A stretch of DNA of 64,000 bases from Candidatus Thorarchaeota archaeon SMTZ1-45 (GCA_001563335.1 LRSL01000069.1:1-64000); one strand, 5' to 3'; shown: positions 47,213 to 56,996, numbered from the stretch's first letter. Notes: generated by a model not told the origin, from the sequence alone. Numbers and translations are program-made.

Positions 47213-47953
47213 CTAACGCCTCCTATTGCTTCTGTGACGATCATCGCCTCTTCTATCTCGTCTATCTCCACCTCTTCCACGTGGACCATCAAATCTTCTA
47301 CCTCCACGGTCATCGCGGTCATATCGTCTGCGTTCATACGACCGTCTACGGGGGGCTAAATCAGGTCTTGGTTCCAAGCTAAATCTTAATCCATAATCAT
47401 TTGCCACTTCTCGGGTTTCCCGATTCTCACATCGAAGACAAAACATGTTATTGTGAGTCGTGAGAGTAAGAGGATTTCCGCATCTTACACACACTCCAAA
47501 AAGAACCCCGAGGTCAGGACCAACAAGAGTTAGTTCTACAGGAATCTGATGTGTGCTAAGAGCAGAAGCACGAATTATGTCGTTCTGTTTGATTACATCT
47601 TGCATGCTTTTCACATATCTTCGAGTCACATTGCTTATGTGTAGTTCACCCATAAGACTACTATGATAGTCCACATCGTTGATTCGCACTATTCTGACTT
47701 CAGCACGTTGATCAAATACAATGGTGACTTCACCAATTAGTATGTCACCCTTTTTTGGAAGAGCTAATTTCATTCCACCATCAGGACTGAGAATTCTGAT
47801 ACTACGTTCTTTAAGGTCCATATCAACTCGTCCAGGAGCTGCGGCATAGACAATACCATCCTTCTCATAAGTACCAAAACTTGGCATCAACTCTTCGATA
47901 ACACACAGTTGATCTCCTGGTACTACAATATCGCCGCTCTTTACATCAGCCAT
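47213..47953 (-). CDS. csl4: Exosome RNA-binding subunit Csl4 with an RGG/RD-rich C-terminal tail
   Basis: VVPGD...GTYE, S1 domain, LGV...CVRC...CLRC..E.R..A..Y, then a low-complexity tail. Confidence 0.93.
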   Translation of the reverse strand: MADVKSGDIVVPGDQLCVIEELMPSFGTYEKDGIVYAAAPGRVDMDLKERSIRILSPDGGMKLALPKKGDILIGEVTIVFDQRAEVRIVRINDVDYHSSLMGELHISNVTRRYVKSMQDVIKQNDIIRASALSTHQIPVELTLVGPDLGVLFGVCVRCGNPLTLTTHNNMFCLRCENRETREVANDYGLRFSLEPRPDLAPRRRSYERRRYDRDDRGGRRFDGPRGRGGDRRDRRGDDRHRSNRRR

Positions 47954-47954
47954 T

Positions 47955-48593
47955 CTATTCACGCTCTTTGACACATATTCGATACAGATCTACATCCACC
48001 AGATGTTTCGGTTTTTTGTGGTATTCGAACAGTCGGCCAATTGGAAACTGAAATGTTTCAAGCTGTGTCACTTTGGCACCTAGTTTCTCTATTTCTTTGC
48101 TCAGAAACACCCTGTTCTTGTCGCCAGCGAGGTGCATGCTGTATATCACATCAGCAATAGAGATAGCTGTTTTTAGGAATCTCAAATCAGCACCGCGATT
48201 TTTTACTCCGAACGGGGGATTACTTACCACTGTATCTATTGGACAACATAGCTGTAAGGAAGAAACATCTCCCAGAATCCAGTCTACGATGTCGTCTATT
48301 CCAAGCAATCGGGAGTTCATTTGAGACGCCTTTAAGGCTTTGCTTTGTACATCAATTCCGATGACCCTGCTTGCACCAAGCAATGCAGCCCCTATGGCAA
48401 AAATTCCATCACCACATCCTAGATCACATACTGTTCTATTTGTGATATCTCTATGTTCCATCTGTGCGGCATATAGAACAGAGGCTGCGATTGAAGCAGG
48501 AGTTGGGTATTGTTCTAGAGAAACACTATACTCATCCAGCCTCTTCATTGATTCAAGTGCAATTTCTAGATCCCTTCGCCGCAAGAGCTCCAC
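47955..48593 (-). CDS. METTL5-family N6-adenine RNA methyltransferase
   Basis: LEQYPTP, DLGCGDG, NPPFG. Confidence 0.93.
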   Translation of the reverse strand: MELLRRRDLEIALESMKRLDEYSVSLEQYPTPASIAASVLYAAQMEHRDITNRTVCDLGCGDGIFAIGAALLGASRVIGIDVQSKALKASQMNSRLLGIDDIVDWILGDVSSLQLCCPIDTVVSNPPFGVKNRGADLRFLKTAISIADVIYSMHLAGDKNRVFLSKEIEKLGAKVTQLETFQFPIGRLFEYHKKPKHLVDVDLYRICVKERE

Positions 48594-48689
48594 CGGTTTG
48601 GTGCCTTATTTGGTGATTGAAAAAAGTCTGTATTGATGAATTATATGATTTGTACATGTAAAAGGGCTGGGTAATACCTACTCTTAACA

Positions 48690-48800
48690 GTTCCATATGC
48701 TCCATAGGCTCCAATAGAAATCCACTGGAACTTCCCTCAAGTTCTTATGGAAGTATTTATGTCCCAGATTGTGCTTTTCATGTAAGATTCAAACTGGAGA
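48690..48800. promoter_or_regulatory. ORB/mini-ORB-like sites upstream of cdc6 (candidate origin or autoregulatory boxes)
   Basis: TCCACTGGAAC at 48721-48731 (reverse complement GTTCCAGTGGA), CTCCAATAGAAA at 48709-48720, AT-rich tract about 48610-48663. Confidence 0.5.
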
Positions 48801-48810
48801 ATGTGATGAG

Positions 48811-50058
48811 ATGGAGAAACCACTTGATAAGCTGTTTGACAAGTTCCTGCAAGGTCAGGCTATTTTTAGAGATAGAACAGCTCTAAGACCTACTTACGTA
48901 CCACAGAACCTTCCATACAGAGATGACCAAATGAGTCGAATTGGATCTATCTTGGGACCCGCACTCAGAGGAGCTCCACCCTCAAACATTCTATGCTATG
49001 GAAAGACTGGTACTGGTAAAACTGTGGTGGCAAGATACGTACTTGATATGTTAGTGAAGAAAGCAAAAGAGAGTGGAATAAACGCGCCTTTGACAGCTTT
49101 TGTGAATTGTAGAATAGTCGGGACAAACTATAGAGTATTAAAACGCCTGTGTGACCAGATAGATGCGACTATGCCCGATGGGTCTGAGGTGCCCTTCACA
49201 GGTCTTCCCACTGATGAGATTCGAGATGTTCTGAAGAATAAGTTAGACTCTGATTCGAATATCCTTACAGTCGTGCTTGATGAAGTTGACAGTCTATTGA
49301 AACGTGATGTGGGACAAGGTAATGATATTCTCTATGGATTGACCAGAATGAATGGAGAGCTAGAAAATAGCAGAATATCAATCATAGGCATAAGTAATGA
49401 CCTGAAGTTCAAAGAGATGCTAGATCCAAGGGTTTTGTCAACGCTTGGAGAAGAAGAAGTGATTTTCTCGCCTTATAATGCTGTGGAGCTGAAAGGTATT
49501 CTAAAACAGAGAGTAGAACTAGCCTTTAATAGAAATGCCATAAGCGATGAAGGCGTGATTAATCTTGTTGGAGCTTTGGCAGCTCAGGAACACGGAGACG
49601 CTCGTAGAGCACTTGATTTGTTGAGAACTGCAGGCGAACTCGCAGAGAGAAGGGGTGATAGTACGGTTACACAAGAACATGTACGTGAGGCACAGAAAGT
49701 CATTGAACGTGACACCATAACTGAAACAGTAAAGACCCTTCCAATGCAATCAAAGGCGGTTCTGTTTGCTGTCTATGTCTTGACCAGCAAGGGTCAGCGA
49801 GATATTTTCACTGGCGAGTGTTATAACATCTACTCGGAAATAGCAAAATCTCTCTCTTTAGACACACTGACCCAAAGACGTGTATCCGACTTAATCTCGG
49901 AGTTAGATATGTTGGGACTGATCAATACTACAGTGATTTCTAAGGGTCGCTATGGTAGAACAAAGAAAATCAAACTGGCTGTTAGCAAGAAACAGATAGG
50001 CGTCATTCTGGATGATGATATTCGTCTCAGTAAGGTGGCACAGGATATCCTTGATTAG
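48811..50058 (+). CDS. cdc6: Orc1/Cdc6 replication initiator
   Basis: YGKTGTGKT, VLDEVD, GDARRALDLLR, RRVSDLISELDMLG, GRYGRT. Confidence 0.97.
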   Translation: MEKPLDKLFDKFLQGQAIFRDRTALRPTYVPQNLPYRDDQMSRIGSILGPALRGAPPSNILCYGKTGTGKTVVARYVLDMLVKKAKESGINAPLTAFVNCRIVGTNYRVLKRLCDQIDATMPDGSEVPFTGLPTDEIRDVLKNKLDSDSNILTVVLDEVDSLLKRDVGQGNDILYGLTRMNGELENSRISIIGISNDLKFKEMLDPRVLSTLGEEEVIFSPYNAVELKGILKQRVELAFNRNAISDEGVINLVGALAAQEHGDARRALDLLRTAGELAERRGDSTVTQEHVREAQKVIERDTITETVKTLPMQSKAVLFAVYVLTSKGQRDIFTGECYNIYSEIAKSLSLDTLTQRRVSDLISELDMLGLINTTVISKGRYGRTKKIKLAVSKKQIGVILDDDIRLSKVAQDILD

Positions 50059-50075
50059 ACAGGCTCTGATTGTGA

Positions 50076-51716
50076 TTACACCTTCGACATATCGTAGAAG
50101 AATCTCACACCTGGTGCACCAGTTCTGAGATTCAGAAAAGTGATAATACCGGGGGTTGGTACTATTCCCTGTTTGCGCATGAAGTCGGTCTGGGACTGAA
50201 ATGTCCCAGAGTTGATGATTTGAACTCCGCGATAGTTATCAACAGCATTGTGATGACAATGACCAAAGTGTACTATATCTGGAGGGGTATCAATCACCAT
50301 CCAGTCTCTATGAAGCGGAGCAAGTTCGGTCTTTCCTCCATACATTGGTACAAGATGACGTTTTTTGAGAAGTTCTATCATTGGTTTTGCAGGTTCCGTA
50401 TATGAGGCTCCAGGAATATTCGTCACAAGATCATCCATACTATCTCCATGAGTCAATAGAATATTTACACCCTCGACGAGTATCTGGCTTGGGTCTCCCA
50501 ACATTGTGATACGGTCACCAAGATTGTATAGAGGTTGTGCAAATTCCTCGGAAATAGGAGGTTTAGGAAGAGCCTGTCGGTTAGCATCATGATTGCCAGG
50601 GATACAGAATATTTTGATTTGATTAGGAAGTTTATTCAACTTGCTTCCAAAAAGCGCATATTGCTCATAGATACTCTCAATTCTCAGGTCGTTTCTCTGG
50701 GTGGGATAAACACTGATTCCATCTATCATATCACCTGCAATGAAAAGGTATCTGATATGTTTCACAATGGCTTTGTCCTCTTCATCGACATCACGACCAT
50801 TCATCCAACCAATGAATTTGTCAAACTCATCTTCTAGAAACTCTTTGCTTCCGCAGTGAATATCTGAAATGAAGACAGCGTATACATCTCTTCTAGCTCG
50901 ACCTACATCTCGGGCTGTTGGAATGTCGGGAAATATCACATCATCAGCAATCATCCTCGCATCCTCGTCGATAAATCCGGAGATGCAGGTTATTTCATCA
51001 AGAAGTAGTGAGTTTGCCTTTTCCGAGAGTTGTTGTCCCTTTAGGCCCTCTCGAGTTGCAGGAACAATACAGATTATTGAGTCATCTGCATCTTCAAGAT
51101 CAATTATTACATTTCGTGATTGAGATATACTCTTGCTCTTTACAATTCCAAGTACTGTCTGGGTTGTGCGACTCGATGTACGCATACCTTCTCTAGTCAT
51201 TGCCCGTCTCTGCTTTGCAGAGTCCTTTCTTAGTTTGGCAACCTGTGGTGACACTGCGTTCTGAGTGTCAATTCGACTCAAGTATATCTTTTTGATGCGA
51301 TTGAACCTGTCTGTAAAAAGGGCTAGGAAATCCTCCACAGTTCCTTCAGACCCTACTTGTGCAGCATCGGGATTTTTCTCAATACGAAAGGACCAACCAT
51401 TTTCTTCCTCAAAAGCAGAGATTTCTAGTGACTGTTCTGTGTCTTCTTTTTTAGATTTATCAATTATCTTCTCCGGTTCTTCTTTAGATACAGTTTCAAA
51501 AGTCTGCCCTTCAACAAGTGATTCTACATAGTGACGTGAAAGTACCGCAGGGTGTTTTCCAACTTCATCAGTAATGAGAATGGACTTTACTGTTTCAATT
51601 GGGGTGTCTAAATGTAGAATATATTCAAGTGCTTCAGGTGCCACTTGGAGACCTGACTCAATTAGTAGTTTCAGTATAATTTGTCGCTTTGAAGATGTCA
51701 ATAGGTCACCATTCAA
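50076..51716 (-). CDS. polB: DNA polymerase D small (proofreading) subunit DP1
   Basis: ISDIHCGS, AGDMIDG..VYP.Q, PGNHD, HG.S.DD, GHCH, NSGTFQ.QT.F. Confidence 0.95.
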   Translation of the reverse strand: MNGDLLTSSKRQIILKLLIESGLQVAPEALEYILHLDTPIETVKSILITDEVGKHPAVLSRHYVESLVEGQTFETVSKEEPEKIIDKSKKEDTEQSLEISAFEEENGWSFRIEKNPDAAQVGSEGTVEDFLALFTDRFNRIKKIYLSRIDTQNAVSPQVAKLRKDSAKQRRAMTREGMRTSSRTTQTVLGIVKSKSISQSRNVIIDLEDADDSIICIVPATREGLKGQQLSEKANSLLLDEITCISGFIDEDARMIADDVIFPDIPTARDVGRARRDVYAVFISDIHCGSKEFLEDEFDKFIGWMNGRDVDEEDKAIVKHIRYLFIAGDMIDGISVYPTQRNDLRIESIYEQYALFGSKLNKLPNQIKIFCIPGNHDANRQALPKPPISEEFAQPLYNLGDRITMLGDPSQILVEGVNILLTHGDSMDDLVTNIPGASYTEPAKPMIELLKKRHLVPMYGGKTELAPLHRDWMVIDTPPDIVHFGHCHHNAVDNYRGVQIINSGTFQSQTDFMRKQGIVPTPGIITFLNLRTGAPGVRFFYDMSKV

Positions 51717-51843
51717 GTTGGTACAAGTTTTTCGTTTTAAACATCATCTATAGTGAATAAGATAAGTGTAGAAAAACATCCTGCGGGAAATGTAATAAGC
51801 CGCCTACCCAGAGTTCAAATGGCGCCTTCCTTTGTCAGGTGGG

Positions 51844-52827
51844 ATGAATGTGGTTAACATCAGGAAACTCCAACAGACTGGTGGCAAAAATGGAAGTTCC
51901 TTTCTCATAATACTTCCAAAGGATTGGATAGTTAGACAAAAACTGAGCAAGGGAGATCCTGTAGTAGTTGCAGAAAGGGAAGATGGGTGCTTGATAGTTG
52001 ATCCTCGCCTTCCAAAGGCCGGTGAGAGAAGAACAACAACCGCACAAATGGAACAAAATCTACGATGGGAGATAACAAGCAGATATCTACTTGGTTTTGA
52101 TGAGATTCGTATCGTCAGTAAGGATCCTATCACAAACGAACAAAGAGATGAATTAAAGCGGATAATCAAACGGTTTGTAGCACTTGAAGTTACTGAGGAA
52201 GATGACCATCAGATAGTTGTACGATGTCTTGTTGATCCTGCAACTTTACCGGTGAATACAGCAATGCGAAGAATGCATCTTATCACTTCCAGAATGATTA
52301 GTGATTCATTGACAGCTTACTTAGATGGAATCAAGGATATGGCTAATGAGGTAGTGCAGAGAGATGAAGAGGTTGACCGACTATTCTTCTTGATTGTACG
52401 AGAGTTGAGGTCTGCAATTCAATATCCCAGAATGAGTGAAATGATGCATATCACACCAGTTGAAGCACTAGATTTTCGACTTGCAGTTCAGTATATAGAA
52501 CGGATTGCAGACTTGGCGGTGGATATAGCACAGAGGGTTGAGGACCCATTAGATGCTTCCCTCAAGAAAAAGATTGAACCGATAGTAGAAAAAGTAAGTG
52601 AGATGTTCTCAGATGCTTTCAATAACCTATTCAAGTTTGATTCAAAGAAGGTAACATCTGTGATTGAATCTGAAAAAGAACTGATCTCTGAAACAGGAAA
52701 ACTAAGACAGCATATTGTAGCTTCTCCAAATGGGCAGCCACAGACTCAAATCTTGGTTGTCGATAGTCTCTTGAGAATGGGTGAAGCTGCAAAGGACATT
52801 GTCGACTTGGCTTTGCCGCATAATTAG
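51844..52827 (+). CDS. phoU: AbrB-PhoU phosphate uptake regulator
   Basis: RKLQQTG..S..I.LPK.W (AbrB-like), DEEVDRLFFL, IERIAD. Confidence 0.9.
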   Translation: MNVVNIRKLQQTGGKNGSSFLIILPKDWIVRQKLSKGDPVVVAEREDGCLIVDPRLPKAGERRTTTAQMEQNLRWEITSRYLLGFDEIRIVSKDPITNEQRDELKRIIKRFVALEVTEEDDHQIVVRCLVDPATLPVNTAMRRMHLITSRMISDSLTAYLDGIKDMANEVVQRDEEVDRLFFLIVRELRSAIQYPRMSEMMHITPVEALDFRLAVQYIERIADLAVDIAQRVEDPLDASLKKKIEPIVEKVSEMFSDAFNNLFKFDSKKVTSVIESEKELISETGKLRQHIVASPNGQPQTQILVVDSLLRMGEAAKDIVDLALPHN

Positions 52828-52838
52828 AGGAATGAAAA

Positions 52839-54221
52839 TTGACCCAGAAACTGTTTGGCACCTCTGGTATTAGAGGATCTATCATTGAGAAATCGACCCC
52901 CGATCTAGCACTCGGGCTTGGGAGAGGACTTGGCTCATTTCTTGATGGAAAAGGAGTTGTGGGAGTGGGTGTTGATGCTCGAACTTCACGGAAGATGTTA
53001 AGAAGTGCTCTTGTCAGTGGGTTGATCTCGACAGGAGTAAATGTTATAGATTTGGGAATAGCGCCAATGCCGACTGTCGCTTATTATAGCACAGTCGATG
53101 GGATTCATGCAACTGTAATCATTACAGCTAGTCATAATCCACCGACGGATAATGGATTCAAGTTCTTCGCATCTGGACGAGAGTTCATCAGATCTGAGGA
53201 GGAATTCCTAGAGAGTTCTATCTCCAATAAAGAGTATAAAGTTGCATCTTGGGATAAAATTGGGTTGATTTCGAAGAAGAATATCAAAATGGATTATTTA
53301 TCTAAGGCGAGAGAGTTTCTACTGAGCAGAGGAGGCGTAAGCAAAAAGACGAAAGTCTTGCTCGATTTAGCAAATGGTGCAGCTACAGACTATACACCTG
53401 AACTGCTTACAGATCTTGGATTTTCAGTGACAACCATGAATTCTCATCAAGATGGCCATTTTCCAGGGAGACCCCCTGAACCATCCCCTAGAAACTTAGG
53501 CGATGCAATGAGGATGGCTGCAGAGTCTGATTTTGCTGTGACCATGTGCCATGACGGGGACGGGGACAGATTAGCTGTTATTGATGAAGCAGGTGAGTTT
53601 ATTGATCAGAACCGTGTAATTGCATTGTTTGCCAGAGATGAGGTTGAGAGAAAGGGAGAAGGAATCGTTCTCACATCAATTGATACCTCTAGTGTGATTG
53701 ATGAGATTGTTAACTCAGCAGGAGGGTCAGTAATTCGATTGGCTCTTGGATCACTTCAGGAGTTTCTTGCAACTGAGAGAGGAAAGGATGTAATTTTTGC
53801 CTCAGAGCCCTGGAAACCGATATTCACGGAATTTGGTTGGTGGATGGATGGAATCACAGGAGCAGGTCGCTTTGCACAACTAGTTGATGAGCTTGGTGAT
53901 GGTAGTTGCATGAAATTAATGAAGACAATTCCTAAGTACCCCATTCTAAGAGACTTTGTTCCTTGCCCTGACAAGATTAAGCAGTCCTTTTTACCAAGAG
54001 TGAAGGAGTTACTTATCCCTGAGATCAGTGGGGTAGAAAAAGTTCTCGAGGTTGACGGAATTCGAATAGACTACAAAGATGGTTCTTATGTGCTGATTAG
54101 AGTTTCAGGAACTGAACCAAAAGCGAGATTGTATGTTGGAGCTAAATCAGAACAGACTTTGGACAAGACTGCTTCAGCCGCCAAAAAGATGATGGAACAG
54201 GTTCTAGATGAGCTTCAATGA
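52839..54221 (+). CDS. Phosphohexomutase (PMM/PGM/GlmM family)
   Basis: FGTSGIRG, TASHNP, DGDGDR, RVSGTEP. Confidence 0.93.
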   Translation: MTQKLFGTSGIRGSIIEKSTPDLALGLGRGLGSFLDGKGVVGVGVDARTSRKMLRSALVSGLISTGVNVIDLGIAPMPTVAYYSTVDGIHATVIITASHNPPTDNGFKFFASGREFIRSEEEFLESSISNKEYKVASWDKIGLISKKNIKMDYLSKAREFLLSRGGVSKKTKVLLDLANGAATDYTPELLTDLGFSVTTMNSHQDGHFPGRPPEPSPRNLGDAMRMAAESDFAVTMCHDGDGDRLAVIDEAGEFIDQNRVIALFARDEVERKGEGIVLTSIDTSSVIDEIVNSAGGSVIRLALGSLQEFLATERGKDVIFASEPWKPIFTEFGWWMDGITGAGRFAQLVDELGDGSCMKLMKTIPKYPILRDFVPCPDKIKQSFLPRVKELLIPEISGVEKVLEVDGIRIDYKDGSYVLIRVSGTEPKARLYVGAKSEQTLDKTASAAKKMMEQVLDELQ

Positions 54222-54226
54222 GAGAA

Positions 54227-54344
54227 TGGCGCCGGGGATGAGATTTGAATTCGTGCTTCGTGTCGCTGATTTACATGAAGACTCACGAGCCACAAAGGGC
54301 AGCGGTTTTCGAGACCGCCTCCATAGCCACTAGGAAACCCCGGC
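54227..54344 (-). tRNA. tRNA-Ser (CGA) with a 32-nt intron at the T-arm (54250-54281) and encoded CCA
   Basis: Acceptor GCCGGGG/CCCCGGC, G73, anticodon arm GCGGT-CTCGAAA-ACCGC, long variable arm; removing the intron restores GTGAG-TTCAAAT-CTCAT. Confidence 0.93.
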
Positions 54345-54517
54345 TCAGTTTCATTTTATCGTTGTGGAGATATAATGTTAATTGTCTGTATTATCAAAAT
54401 AGGAGAATCGTAGATTGCGACTCAATGAGATGTTTTGCTATAAATTTGCCAGTACCCCTATATCCACAATACTCAATACCGGCAAGTAATTCTAAATCGA
54501 AACATGGAGAGCTTACG

Positions 54518-54934
54518 ATGGTGTCAATTAGGAATATCAAAGATTGGTTAAACTCACTCGAAATACCTTTTGAGTTGTTGGAAGACATTAACACATTTCG
54601 ATTGACATGGGATGTCGAAGGCAAATCATTCGATATTAGAGTTACAATTCGTGCTGACAAATGGATCCATGTCGCAGTACTCCTTCTTAGACCTGAAGAA
54701 GTTCCACAAGGGAGTAAGGAAGAGCTGTATGGCTTTTTGCTTCGTGAGAATTGGATGCTCGATGATGTAACATACTCCATGGATGAGAAAGGAAATCTTT
54801 ACTCTGAAAATGACATACCCGAACAAACAAATCTTGAGAATTTTAGAAGTGAACTTGATGCTGTAATCTTTGGTCTCGAACGGTTTTTCACCACGGTGTC
54901 CAGTCGATTTGGAATAGAGCCAAGTGGATTGTAG
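54518..54934 (+). CDS. YbjN-like (type III secretion chaperone-fold) protein
   Basis: I..WL..L....LY.FLLREN...Y.MDEKG pattern; GGAG SD before ATG 54518. Confidence 0.7.
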   Translation: MVSIRNIKDWLNSLEIPFELLEDINTFRLTWDVEGKSFDIRVTIRADKWIHVAVLLLRPEEVPQGSKEELYGFLLRENWMLDDVTYSMDEKGNLYSENDIPEQTNLENFRSELDAVIFGLERFFTTVSSRFGIEPSGL

Positions 54935-54986
54935 ATTGTACTGTTGCTTTCTTATTATTATCTTTAGCAAGCAACTAATAGAAAAG

Positions 54987-55074
54987 TGGTGCGGAGGGCG
55001 AGATTCGAACTCGCGAATCACTACTGAACGGGGACCTAAACCCCGCGCCTTTGACCTGGCTTGGCAACCTCCGC
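54987..55074 (-). tRNA. tRNA-Leu (TAG), intronless, encoded CCA
   Basis: GCGGAGG/CCTCCGC acceptor, CGGGG-TTTAGGT-CCCCG anticodon arm, long variable arm, TTCGAAT. Confidence 0.95.
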
Positions 55075-55123
55075 TTAGTGAAGCAAGATTGAGAGCAGGC
55101 CAGTTTTAACCGTTTTGTATCTG

Positions 55124-55261
55124 TCAGTCTTCAACAGTTTCCCAAGTGTTGCTGCAACGTGGGCAACGCCACTTCTTCCTATACTTGCCGCCACCGAACA
55201 TCTCTTTTCTTACTAGGGCGACATCATTGAATCCACATCTTGAGCATACTACAGTTTCCAT
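55124..55261 (-). CDS. 45-aa Zn-ribbon microprotein (not in the ORF track)
   Basis: METVVCSRCGFNDVALVRKEMFGGGKYRKKWRCPRCSNTWETVED. Confidence 0.7.
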   Translation of the reverse strand: METVVCSRCGFNDVALVRKEMFGGGKYRKKWRCPRCSNTWETVED

Positions 55262-55435
55262 GGAACGCATCTCAAGCCTCACAGGGCATGACTATCATAT
55301 CTAGTTTTGCTATATGTATCAGGACACGTCACAATGTTTTTATTAGACTCATTAGTTGTCGGCGCGTTTCTGTGGCTAGAAGCCATAGAACAATCCATGA
55401 TTTTCTGGATTTTCCAGTATGAGTGTGATATTCAG

Positions 55436-56089
55436 ATGTCCTCAAAAAGTAGACAAGCAGTTGCAAGGACCAAGGACAAATGGCGAGATAAGATCTGGTA
55501 CCAGATTCTTGCACCAGACTATTTCGACAATAAAGAGATAGGTAAAACGCCTGCAGGCAGTCCTGAACTCTTGGTTGGTAGAACAGTACAGCCCACACTC
55601 TACGACTTAACAGGGGACTTTGACAGGATTCATGTCAAGCTAAGATTCAAGATATTAGAAGTTGCAGGACAACAAGCTAAGACTGTGTTCTATGGACATG
55701 AATGGAGTTCTGACTATCTAAGAGGATTGGTGCGGCGGGGAACATCAAGAATTGATTGGATTGGTCCAATCCTTACCAAGGACGATTATTTGATGCGAAT
55801 TTCGGTTATTGTCTTTACAACCACACGAGCTAAGACAAGCCAAGAACATGCTGTTAGAAAAGCCATTGAAAAGGTCATTAGGGCTCATGCAAAGAAACAC
55901 GGTTTTAATGAGCTTGTTACCAAGGTGATTCTTGGAGATTTGGCTGCAGAAGTCTATGAAGAAGTCAAGAAAATAATCCCAATTCGACAATGTGAGATTC
56001 GAAAAAGCAAGGTACTCAAAGGACCAGAAGAGGTAAAGATTCGAAGAGCTAGGCTTCGAAGAGGTACACCGGCTGATAAAGAAGCCTAG
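55436..56089 (+). CDS. rps3ae: 30S ribosomal protein S3Ae (eS1)
   Basis: KDKW..K.WY..AP..F, TLYDLTGD, LVRRGTSRID, IIPIR.CEIRK. Confidence 0.96.
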   Translation: MSSKSRQAVARTKDKWRDKIWYQILAPDYFDNKEIGKTPAGSPELLVGRTVQPTLYDLTGDFDRIHVKLRFKILEVAGQQAKTVFYGHEWSSDYLRGLVRRGTSRIDWIGPILTKDDYLMRISVIVFTTTRAKTSQEHAVRKAIEKVIRAHAKKHGFNELVTKVILGDLAAEVYEEVKKIIPIRQCEIRKSKVLKGPEEVKIRRARLRRGTPADKEA

Positions 56090-56103
56090 AAACCAATCAT
56101 ATT

Positions 56104-56466
56104 TCAAGTCCCCATATTCTCAAGCTTGTGCAGTGCTTGCAGTAGTAGAACCATAAGGTTTGCAAGTTTAGTGAGAGCTTCAGTATCTGTTTCGTTATCA
56201 ACTACTTCATTTAGAGCCTTCAGTTTATTGATCAGGGTCACTCTGAGTTCGGGAATCAATGTCTTTACAGCTTTAGCCTCTACTTCCTGGTCAGACTGTG
56301 CATATACTATTCGTCTATCACATTTGACACAGTAAATATCATCTTTTACCTTGAAAAGGGGAGAACCACATTGAGGACAGGCATCAGCAAGCATTGTGGC
56401 TCCATGTCGTAGAAGATCAGCCATTCTCTTTACAGAGGTATCATCTTTATCGCTCATTATATTCAC
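56104..56466 (-). CDS. Autoantigen p27 / UPF0148 Zn-finger protein
   Basis: MADLLRHGATML...CPQCGSPLF....YCVKC. Confidence 0.9.
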   Translation of the reverse strand: MNIMSDKDDTSVKRMADLLRHGATMLADACPQCGSPLFKVKDDIYCVKCDRRIVYAQSDQEVEAKAVKTLIPELRVTLINKLKALNEVVDNETDTEALTKLANLMVLLLQALHKLENMGT

Positions 56467-56616
56467 TTCGGAATAATGTGTGTTACAATATAAGAAAAGC
56501 TGCAGAATTATTGAGGCTATTTGTGATTTAAACCAAGACTCTCAAGCTCGGTAGGTCTGATGAAAACGTTGATATGGTTAACGAGGTGAGAGTCATTTGT
56601 TGTTCGCACTCCATTT

Positions 56617-56910
56617 GTGCGTAAAGACCATTCAGAGGTGAGTCCTTTGGACCCCGAAACACAGAAGAGCATAGACCAGTCTAAGCACCTCCTAAAACAG
56701 ATATCGGAGGATTCCTCAGTTCCGAGGAATATTAGGCGTGCAGCGAATGAAGCCATCGCCGTTCTTGAGAATGAAACAGACTCTCCAGCTGTGAGAGCTC
56801 AGAATGCAATAGCAATCTTGGATGAGCCAAGCCAGGACCCGAACTGCCCAAACCATGCTCGGACTAAGATTTGGCATGTTTCCAGCTTGTTGGAGCCAAT
56901 TCGTGACTAG
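56617..56910 (+). CDS. UPF0147 family protein
   Basis: DSSVPRNIRR...A..AI..LDE...DPN.P.HART.IW. Confidence 0.92.
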   Translation: MRKDHSEVSPLDPETQKSIDQSKHLLKQISEDSSVPRNIRRAANEAIAVLENETDSPAVRAQNAIAILDEPSQDPNCPNHARTKIWHVSSLLEPIRD

Positions 56911-56996
56911 CTCTGTTTGGTCAGCAATAATGAATCAATAAGACCAACCAAGACCGTGCAAGGTAATGGAATGGCACCCATTTCCCGGGCCAGTGT

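Noticed and set aside
51820-51826. TGGCGCC as a displaced tRNA-Ser 3' end
   Set aside because: Only 7 bp, and it flanks core genes (phoU, phosphohexomutase); chance match.
54245-54517. N-terminal extension of the 229-aa ORF
   Set aside because: Overlaps tRNA-Ser on the opposite strand; the real start is more likely ATG 54518.
54924-55109. 61-aa ORF
   Set aside because: Antisense to tRNA-Leu; a shadow ORF.
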